A stretch of DNA of 63,761 nt, the filler included, from Trichomonas gallinae (taxonomy: Eukaryota): the NCBI GenBank assembly GCA_008369845.1. It is 9 parts of 9 records of this genome, joined end to end, with 100 filler letters (N's around TTAATTAATTAA, not from the genome) between each part and the next. Parts side by side here need not be neighbours in the genome. Positions count along the whole stretch, not along the records: positions 49,054 to 61,017 come from MRSU01000613.1; positions 61,118 to 63,761 come from MRSU01000616.1; 7 more parts are not named here. One strand, given 5' to 3'. The notes below the pieces were generated by a model. That model had not been told where the DNA came from, did not search any database, and worked only from the letters and a program-made list of their open reading frames with translations. Within the stretch, counting starts at the first letter, position 1; each line of letters begins with the position of its first letter. Made by a program: the position numbers and the translations under genes. This document shows positions 55,601-63,761 of the stretch, piece by piece.

Positions 55601-55800
55601 TACAATTAAATTACCAAAAGAAATTTTTAACAAATAAAAAGTACGTTGATAGTCTGTTGGTGATTTACCAATCTCCAAACATAGCTTTTGCAGTTCCCAC
55701 GCTTTTGTGATTAAATTTAATACCATTGAGGCGAAATGGCGGTTATTTACAAAATATAAACAATTCAATAGGTATTCACACACATACCTCATTTTTCACT

Positions 55801-56319
55801 ATGCTACACTTGAAAGAACGCAAGATCAAAAGACCTACAAAGTTCCGCCCAGAGGAAGACGAGCGCCTAAGGCAGATTATAGAACAATACGGTACACACA
55901 ACTGGGTACAAATTGCAGCAATGATGCCCGGAAGAAACGTTAGACAGTGTATCGATAGATGGAAACGCAATAACTCACCAAAGAACCCACGTAGAGAATG
56001 GACTCCTGCAGAGGATAATGTTCTTCTCGAAAAATTCCAATTACTTGGACGCAATTACGGAGCGATATCCAGATTTCTTCCATATAGGAACGATATGTCT
56101 GTTAAACATAGACTAGATCAGCTCCTTGGAGAAAAAAATAGACACAAGATTGAGATTATTGCTACAATGGAACCTCAAGAAAAGAGGTTACAGGAAATCC
56201 CAGCCAATGATAGCGATAATACATTAGACAGGATCCTAAACCAAATTGGACTCAATACTTTTGCTGAACAGTTTGATCTGACTTCATGGAACCAGAGTTC
56301 AGACTTATTTAAGATTTAA
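55801..56319 (+). CDS. R2R3 Myb-like DNA-binding protein
   Basis: KFRPEEDERLRQIIEQYGTHNWVQIAAMMPGRNVRQCIDRW; WTPAEDNVLLEKFQLLGRNYGAISRFLPYRNDMSVKHR. First ATG is at 55801. Confidence 0.92.
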   Translation: MLHLKERKIKRPTKFRPEEDERLRQIIEQYGTHNWVQIAAMMPGRNVRQCIDRWKRNNSPKNPRREWTPAEDNVLLEKFQLLGRNYGAISRFLPYRNDMSVKHRLDQLLGEKNRHKIEIIATMEPQEKRLQEIPANDSDNTLDRILNQIGLNTFAEQFDLTSWNQSSDLFKI

Positions 56320-56971
56320 TTGTTTGAAATTGTTTCGATTTTAGTATCTTACTAAAATATAAATTTTATACGTTAATTGCTGCTATTTCTTATATGTAAC
56401 AGCAGAAAATCTTTTACATTCGTTTTCAATCAATAATTTAACGATAAACAAAAACGATTATTAATCAGATATTTTATACATATATAAGGAGTACATTATT
56501 AATAAAGTAAAATTTAAGCTCCTAAAAATAAAAATAAATTCCAATGTGGAATATGTTACTCAAATATTTACTGAATCATACTGCTGATGCATAATAAAGC
56601 AGCTGAAGATCAATCCTCATAACAATATTTACAAGTCAGAAGTAAAATTTACAAAGCAAAAAAATATTTTGTATCATATTAGACTGAACTGGATATATCA
56701 ACTCAATATGTGTGGTACATGCACATTAGATGTGACTTGTATATCCTAACAAAAATAAATAAGGACAAATGAGAAAAAAAATTCAAGATTTCGAAATTAA
56801 TAACTGGTAAAGATAAATGGGAATGATGTTATATGATGTAGATCTAACATATAAAGAATTTATTGATTTAAAAACTTTAGATTTATTTCATGTATTTGAG
56901 AAAAAAACACGAAATAATCCGAACAGTCTATATAGTATCTAAGCTAGCAGTAAAAAATCTTGTCGAATTAA

Positions 56972-57043
56972 GGGGTAGTAGCTCACCGGTAGAGCAAGGG
57001 ATTGCAGATCCCTGGGTAGTCGGTTCGATTCCGGCCTGCCCCT
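56972..57043 (+). tRNA. tRNA-Cys (GCA)
   Basis: Complete 72-nt cloverleaf: GGGGTAG/CTGCCCC, GCTC/GAGC, AGGGA-TTGCAGA-TCCCT, GTCGG-TTCGATT-CCGGC, with a T-run downstream. Confidence 0.97.
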
Positions 57044-57386
57044 TATGAGTTTTTTCTTTTTAAAATCTCTCATTTTGGCTTAATTATAATTGCACAATTA
57101 TACTCCAAATATTAAAATTAATATTAAACCTATTAAATGACGAATTTCTAGGCTATTTATTTTCATATATAATAAAATTCATTAGTGGAATCCATTCGGA
57201 TAGAACTTGAAACTGACAAACGCTGACATGTAGCCCATTTTTAGGTACTTAAGTAGCCCATTTAAATGCTCCACTTCTTTTAAAACGCAAAATCTTATGA
57301 TACGTAAATTATTTGCCAAATAAAATGTTATTTGTCACGTAAATTTCAAAATTTTCTGTACGTTTAGAGCTCATAATAATAAACAT

Positions 57387-58328
57387 ATGGATCAAATCAA
57401 CACGGTTGTCAATGATTTGAACCATCTTCTTGATATGACAATCTCTAACTATAAGAAACAGGAAGAGGTTCATTTCGAGTGGCTTAACACGATTTCATTC
57501 CAATTAAATTTGTTTTCATCTACATCTTCAGCAGCAAATTCCAATTCATCTCAAGAATCTAAGGAGATAGTTGCCCCAAGACCCATTGGTGAACTAAGGA
57601 AGTCCATTAACAAGCCTTCACCACTCAGTTACGGATATGACGAAAATGACAACAATGAGCAGATTTCATTGGCTTCTATTAAGGCTACACCACCAAGGTC
57701 ACATCTCCCAGTCCAATCCACACCATGTTTTAATACTCAAAACTTGAATTCAAGCACAATGAGATTCGTTTGCGATGATTCTCTTTTAGAATCAGAATCA
57801 GATGATGATATCTCAGTTGATGAAGATATGAACTCACCACTAGCATCGCCATTTACACTCGGAGGCTCTCTTAAAGAGTTGACACAATCCGCATATTCAT
57901 TCAGAGAGGCCTGGAAGGAGATGTGCATCGAAAAGAAGCAGGAGATAACACCAAGAAAGCAGTCGTTTAAGTTCGCCTTCGAAGAAGTCGAAGAACCAAA
58001 AGATGTTTACGAAATGTCCGAAGATGACGGCGAAGACTCATTTGAAGACGATGATGACGAAATGTACGAAAGAAACCCAATAGAGATCCATGGAAAGATG
58101 ATCCCTAACTGGGCACGCGGCGAGCAACTTGAGAAACAGCTCAAGAAGCAGTACAAGATCGATCCAGACGAAATTTTCATCGACTTCCCGATGGAATGCA
58201 ACCTTGAGGAGATCTTCGATACAACGAACCAGAAATGGGCCAAGAGAAACGAGAGTGGCTACTGGGCACAAGATGGAATTACTCCAGAAGAAATCGCAAA
58301 GTACAAAGAAGCGGAGGAACAAGTATAA
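57387..58328 (+). CDS. INCENP-like protein with a C-terminal IN-box (Aurora kinase binding)
   Basis: YEMSEDD acidic tract, then IPNWARGEQLEKQLKKQYKIDPDEIF...CNLEEIF...KRNESGYW, which matches the IN-box (iP.WA...L..Q...pd.iF...LeeIF...R.SSa.W). Confidence 0.82.
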   Translation: MDQINTVVNDLNHLLDMTISNYKKQEEVHFEWLNTISFQLNLFSSTSSAANSNSSQESKEIVAPRPIGELRKSINKPSPLSYGYDENDNNEQISLASIKATPPRSHLPVQSTPCFNTQNLNSSTMRFVCDDSLLESESDDDISVDEDMNSPLASPFTLGGSLKELTQSAYSFREAWKEMCIEKKQEITPRKQSFKFAFEEVEEPKDVYEMSEDDGEDSFEDDDDEMYERNPIEIHGKMIPNWARGEQLEKQLKKQYKIDPDEIFIDFPMECNLEEIFDTTNQKWAKRNESGYWAQDGITPEEIAKYKEAEEQV

Positions 58329-58836
58329 TGTAAGAATAAACCATAGACATGTTTAAATTATCTCATTTTTTGATTATTCTAATTTTATATTTTCAATTTT
58401 TTTTTATATTGCTAACTAGAAAAATTTATTCATTGCATTTTCATTATTATCAACAAAGTTTGGAGCAAATATATCAATTCTTTTAATGGAATATATTTTG
58501 AACAGATATAAATGAAAACTATTATTTTATTAGGTTTCAACCTTGATTCCATCAATATTTTAATGTTTTAGATCATATTCAACCTAGCGATGCTCAAATA
58601 TTTAGATCTAAAATTATTTTTTGAAATTAGTATTAAATTAACTGATTTTGAGCTAATTTTGGTTCATCACATACACATATAGTGTATTTTAGATCTTATA
58701 TATTTATATCCCCAAATAAATTTGAAAATTTTGAGAATATATTAATAAATATATATTTTACTAGAAAAAAAATAACAAATATAACTTGAAAAGCATACAA
58801 TACCAAGATAGAACAACGAATGGAACAAAAACAAAT

Positions 58837-60006
58837 TTAAAGTTCATACCAAATGAATTTAGTATCTTTGTATCCTCTGCCTTTAATGCTGTTCACTGTG
58901 AATAATGTCACGATGACATAGAAAATCACGCAAAATGTCGGCAAAACTTTTTTGAACCTCACACTGTTAATAAATGTATCAAAACCTATAAGGGCACAAA
59001 AAACATCCACTGTGATAGCATACCGTCCTATATCTGGGCTTGCATTCATTGTTTGGTAAATTAACGATCCAATGCAAAATATTAACAATGACACCGAATA
59101 CCTCGACAAAAAGGTCGTTCCTACCAGTGTAGTAATGAATATTAACCAATTTACATGGAATTCTTCTAATGTTCCAATACTCAAAGCTGTTTCAAGTAAA
59201 TATGCGAAAGGAATGATTTTCATTCTTGGATTATATAGGAAATAGTATATAAACATTCCAAAGAACGGCCCACCTCTGAGCATAAAGATAATTCCATGCA
59301 AAGAGTATGAAATGATGATTGTAGACAACATTTGGAATGCACTGCCATAGTGTCCTATTCTAAAGAAGAGAACAAAGAATGAAATCGCTAATATGAAACC
59401 TTGTCTATCGAAAAGCATAGCTAATAGAGAAGCCCTAAACATAATCTTTGTATCATGCAGCTTGTAACCAATGAATACGAAAAACACACATGAAAGGTAA
59501 ATCGCATCAGTAGATAAAGTTGAATGAACAATTAAATATGAAGAAGGAAAGATAGAAAGTAAACAAGCTGTTAAAACCGGATTTTGTACTAATTGCCATG
59601 AAGATATGAATCTTTCAAATAGTATTGCGCATAACGTATTTGTTGCTAAAATATAGATCATTATAGCAGGTGTCCAAAAGCCGAGGCAGCACATTTTAAG
59701 TATCTTTATAAGAATAGGTGAACCAATAGGAATGGTATATACAGCTTGTGGAAAATAATTTTCTGTTTTATTTGCGAATTCTCTTGAAGGGGTTTTATAT
59801 AAGTGTTTAGAAATGTGCATTATTAGTGGTCCTTCTCCATAAAGCATGATTCCTGTAAAACAATTTTGGAGATATAAAAAGAACCAAACAATCAGAGTCG
59901 TTGATATCATAAACGAAACTATGTATTTGTCTGTTGGTTTCCACGCCATTATCTGTCTAATTGCTGATTGCTTCTCATTTAAATTCTCAAATTCAAGAGA
60001 AGTCAT
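58837..60006 (-). CDS. multi-pass GT-C-fold glycosyltransferase-like membrane protein
   Basis: About 10 TM helices. YGEGPLIMHISKHLY, PIGSPILIK and IFPSSYLIVHSTLSTDAIYL resemble PIG-V/PMT-like mannosyltransferase motifs. Confidence 0.55.
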   Translation of the reverse strand: MTSLEFENLNEKQSAIRQIMAWKPTDKYIVSFMISTTLIVWFFLYLQNCFTGIMLYGEGPLIMHISKHLYKTPSREFANKTENYFPQAVYTIPIGSPILIKILKMCCLGFWTPAIMIYILATNTLCAILFERFISSWQLVQNPVLTACLLSIFPSSYLIVHSTLSTDAIYLSCVFFVFIGYKLHDTKIMFRASLLAMLFDRQGFILAISFFVLFFRIGHYGSAFQMLSTIIISYSLHGIIFMLRGGPFFGMFIYYFLYNPRMKIIPFAYLLETALSIGTLEEFHVNWLIFITTLVGTTFLSRYSVSLLIFCIGSLIYQTMNASPDIGRYAITVDVFCALIGFDTFINSVRFKKVLPTFCVIFYVIVTLFTVNSIKGRGYKDTKFIWYEL

Positions 60007-60573
60007 CAAATAAATAAGGTTATATTTAAAATATCTTCAAATTCTTATTTTAACACCAAAAATATGATTTATATAATACAACTAATAAATTCATTGAAAT
60101 TTTGGAATTCATAACCAATTGTATGCATCAAAATTAGTTATATACATAATATTCTTGCTATAGGATTTGTTTAATATATACTATTGATTTTAATGATATT
60201 AACAAATATGTATGATTATCGTAAATCATAATTTTATATCATATAAATAATCATTTGAAACTCCTTTAACTAGACAATTTACATCAAATTATAAGATAGA
60301 TAAAGTTGGAATTTCTAATCTTTTTTCAAAAATATATATTATATCAAAACAACTTATATAATAACGGAAATCCAGGAACTCCACTACTACAAATTTAATT
60401 TTCATTGTGTCACCAAGCTGTATTGGTATTTTTATTTTTGATAAAATTAAATATTTGTTTTATAGCGATTTTTCAGCGAGAAATTTGATATATACATGAT
60501 AGAAATGGCAAATCTGCAACAAAAAAGCAAAATGGTGTTTTTTGACGGTTTAAACTAAAATAACGTACATCTA

Positions 60574-60801
60574 ATGACACGTCTTCCTCCAAAAGAAGCA
60601 CCAACTAAAGATGAAAAGCTGAAAAACCGCGCAGAACTTGACAAGCTCAGAATAGAAAATGAGCGTTACATGATGGAGCATCCAGAACTTAACGCTGCTA
60701 TCCAAGAGTTTGTTTTTTCTGTTCTTAAGAGGAAACCAGAAGATGTCCGTGCTTTTGCTATAGATTTCTTCACCAGACCAATACAAGAAACACCAAAATA
60801 A
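60574..60801 (+). CDS. small RIIa/DD-domain protein (RIIAD1-like)
   Basis: LRIENERYMMEHPELNAAIQEFVFSVLKRKPEDVRAFAIDFFT fits the RIIa dimerisation/docking fold. An M3-like GACGGTTT lies 30 nt upstream. Confidence 0.8.
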   Translation: MTRLPPKEAPTKDEKLKNRAELDKLRIENERYMMEHPELNAAIQEFVFSVLKRKPEDVRAFAIDFFTRPIQETPK

Positions 60802-60985
60802 ACTAAATACTTGTTTTCTTCTATAAAATTGCAATTTAGTATTTCTTCGAGCATATGCATAAATTACAGTCAGTGCTAAGGAGATAAATTTAAATATTAC
60901 AATCCAACTTTCCTATTATAATTCTGCATATTTAAAATAACAACTATTTATTATTTTTACACGACAAATTAATGATATTACACGA

Positions 60986-61017
<32 letters not shown>

Positions 61018-61579
61018 NNNNNNNNNNNNNNNNNNNNNNNNNNNNNNNNNNNNNNNNNNNNTTAATTAATTAANNNNNNNNNNNNNNNNNNNNNNNNNNN
61101 NNNNNNNNNNNNNNNNNATTCCTTAAAAAAAAAAAAAAAAAAAAAAAAAAATTACGTAAAAATATTCTATTGAATATTGTAAATTATAGTTTAACTCGAA
61201 TTTCGCATATTTAATCAAGCCATGAGGATTTATTTCGATGATCATCAAGTTCTCTAACAAAAATCATTATTCAAATTTACATTCATATAAATTTAATCAA
61301 GTTCAATAAGCAAAATCGATTAAAAGCGCTTATTTGTAATCGTCAATTTGAATGTTTGTCATAAATCTAAGGCTGTCGAAATTATTTTGTTTTCATAACA
61401 TAGACAACTAAGAATTATTTTAAGATTTTAGATTTTTATCTCGTGAAATTCAAAAAATTTACATTCTCAAATTTTGAGAGGGTGTCAAATGATTTTAGTT
61501 AACATTCTTTGTATTTTACTGGTTTCTGTTTTATTGATAAAATCAAACAAAACGGACATTTTTCAAAAAAAAAATTTTA

Positions 61580-62869
61580 ATGTATTCCATCTTCTTACGC
61601 GAGATTAACTACACAATACCAGGCAACTATTCACTGTTTCTTAACATTGGAATTTATAACATTACAGTCATCGGAGCGCAAGGAGGCTCAGGTTGTTCAG
61701 ATAGACAAGAGGCTCAATCAACTTCTGGCGGCCATGGAGCAAAAATTACTGGAAAAATCCAATTAAACGATTATAATGAGTATAACATTGTTGTTGGTTC
61801 TCATCCTGTTACAAATTGCAATCTAACATCTCAACGAGGCGGCAAATTTGGCTTTGGTGGTTCAAGTGGAACTACTAAACACTATACTTCAGGTGGTGCT
61901 GGCGGTGGTTTTTCTCTTATAGAAATAAAAGATTCGAAAATTATGATTGCAATATCAGGTGGTGGAGGTGGTGCATCTCATAAAAATAATGGATCACCTG
62001 CTGGAGGTAGAAACTATACTTACAAATTTAGTGAGAATTATATAAGGTGCGAAAATTGTTTTGAATCAGGTCCAAAAGGTGGAGATGGATGGAATTGCTC
62101 TCTGTTTTCTGGACCTGGAGGTGGTGGTGGAGCTATAGGTGGCAAAGGAGGACAGTGCAATGAAAGTGAAATGGCCTCTGGAGGATCGAGCGATTATAAT
62201 GAATCTTACTTTAAAGATCGCCCAGACTTTGTTGATGGATTTAATAATTCCCATGATGGAAATGGCTTTATTTCTATTGTGCCAATTGTTACTTGTCCGA
62301 ATAATTGTTCTGAATGTAATTTAACTCAAAACCCCACAATTTGCACAAAATGCATTGATGATATGGTTATTTCAAATGGCAAGTGCGTCTTACAAGCTAC
62401 TGATACAGCCACAATACCACCAACTACAAAACCACCAGAGAGAACACCAAGTAATACAACTTCAGCTCCAGAAGAAACAGCTAAACAAAATAATGAAAAG
62501 GCAGATGCAGCACAAGACAAATCAGCCTCATCTTCTTCGGGCGAGTTTGGCCTAATACGACAAGTCCCATCCAATCAAAACAATAAAACTCCATTGAGTC
62601 TTATAATTGGTATTGTTGCAGGTGTCTTAATTCTTATCGTAGCAATTGCTCTTGCTATCTTCTTTATTGCACGGTCTAAGAAAGATGATGAATGTGAAGA
62701 AAGCCAAGATGAAATGCCAGAAGAAACTGTTATTTATCCTGATAATGAATTAGCTGTTACACTCGATAATCCGTTATTCACAACCACAGTTAATGTTGAA
62801 AGTGACGATATATTCGCAAATGATTTTGAGGAAGGTACATTTGAAAGATTCTTTATCATCGATCACTGA
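61580..62869 (+). CDS. glycine-rich (ALK/LTK-type) single-pass surface protein
   Basis: ITVIGAQGG...GGHGAKITG...GGAGGGFS...GGGGG...GGSS..GNGFISI domain, a Cys-rich module (CPNNCSEC...CTKC...NGKC), a P/T-rich stalk, TM IIGIVAGVLILIVAIALAIFFI, and an acidic tail with DNPLF and DDIFANDFEE. Confidence 0.85.
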   Translation: MYSIFLREINYTIPGNYSLFLNIGIYNITVIGAQGGSGCSDRQEAQSTSGGHGAKITGKIQLNDYNEYNIVVGSHPVTNCNLTSQRGGKFGFGGSSGTTKHYTSGGAGGGFSLIEIKDSKIMIAISGGGGGASHKNNGSPAGGRNYTYKFSENYIRCENCFESGPKGGDGWNCSLFSGPGGGGGAIGGKGGQCNESEMASGGSSDYNESYFKDRPDFVDGFNNSHDGNGFISIVPIVTCPNNCSECNLTQNPTICTKCIDDMVISNGKCVLQATDTATIPPTTKPPERTPSNTTSAPEETAKQNNEKADAAQDKSASSSSGEFGLIRQVPSNQNNKTPLSLIIGIVAGVLILIVAIALAIFFIARSKKDDECEESQDEMPEETVIYPDNELAVTLDNPLFTTTVNVESDDIFANDFEEGTFERFFIIDH

Positions 62870-63220
62870 CTCTTGTAATATTAATATTATAACTGTTAAA
62901 TAAAATCCGGTTTATTAATTTGCAAAGTTTTTTTAAGAAATATCTCTTTTCATATAGCATAAGAAACAGTAAAATCGCGATAAATCCGTCTTGTTCCCTA
63001 TCAAAACAGTAGCTAACTAGATATCAGCTTTCTGTGAATTGGTACGTTCGAAAAAAATGCCTTGAATTTGTGATGTTCGAGATGCAAAACTCGATATCGT
63101 AAAAGATGCACATGTAAAATATGGCTTTATGTGATTTAGTACCTCTTGAGCTGTCTTATGGATATAATATCCATCTTATACTTGTCGTGATTTTTTTTTT
63201 TTTTCTTTTGTATTTGATTG

Positions 63221-63320
63221 TAAACTGGTTGACCGAAGGTGGCCCCTATTGAGAGAAATTGAGAGAAAATACGATTAAAAAGCCCTCAAATATAGGGGCC
63301 ACCTTCGGTCAACCAGTTTA
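63221..63320. mobile_element. 100-bp MITE with an 8-bp target-site duplication (hAT-like)
   Basis: Perfect 29-bp TIRs TAAACTGGTTGACCGAAGGTGGCCCCTAT (63221-63249 and 63292-63320); TTTGATTG is duplicated at 63213-63220 and 63321-63328. Confidence 0.92.
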
Positions 63321-63761
63321 TTTGATTGCAAAATAGTTGATTTTTCTTTTCTTTTTTTTTTTTTTTTGTATTTGATTAATGGACAACATAGGCATCGAAG
63401 ATGGCAACATATTTTTATTGGTCAGTATTCGTCATGAACAACTTTTGCCGTTTTAATTAGTAAAAACAAGATAAATATATATCATGTATTAAGTATAAAC
63501 GATTTGTAAATTGTCACATATATCAAATATTTTCTTGTTTATCAAATTTTAGTTTTACCAAACTTTTTTTTTTACTCAATTTCCAGATTTGCAACTCTAG
63601 TAATTTTGTATAAAAAGCATTATTTAACATCCTGTATGTAAAAGTTCCTTCATTATTTTGAGATTCACAAAATTGTAAAACGTATGACACTAACCTATCT
63701 AACGAGCAATGAAAATTTTTGAAGAATATTATATATTAATGTGATACCTGTTGATCAAAAA

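Noticed and set aside
5470..61117. Eight identical TTAATTAATTAA cores between N-runs
   Set aside because: Artificial scaffolding linker with stops in all frames; not biological.

Overview
AT-rich, apparently intron-free eukaryotic DNA that looks like a trichomonad (Trichomonas-like parabasalid). The evidence is BspA-like leucine-rich repeat genes, two Myb proteins, a Rab GTPase, ankyrin remnants, Cys/Asn-rich surface-protein families, hydrogenosomal HydE and a bacterial-type ATP-PFK. The window is 9 contigs joined by eight artificial 100-nt spacers (N44-TTAATTAATTAA-N44), so adjacency across gaps is not proven. It holds about 24 protein-coding genes, several pseudogenes, four tRNA genes (Phe, Asp, Ser, Cys), two small TIR elements with target-site duplications, and probable transposon ends at contig breaks. 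I found no prokaryote-style novel system such as CRISPR or an operon. The most interesting items are: (1) a recurrent intergenic motif TGHCRYGTAAA, including a 5-copy array phased at 20 bp; (2) a linker-histone (H15)-like protein with a long N-terminal Lys/Glu tract and E2F-type sites upstream; (3) two hAT-like MITEs; (4) a contig bracketed by inverted TA-flanked transposon ends; (5) a BspA pseudogene whose start is occupied by a tRNA-Asp; (6) a probably catalytically dead RasGAP; (7) a minimal INCENP. All family calls come from recognising motifs by eye, with no database searches.
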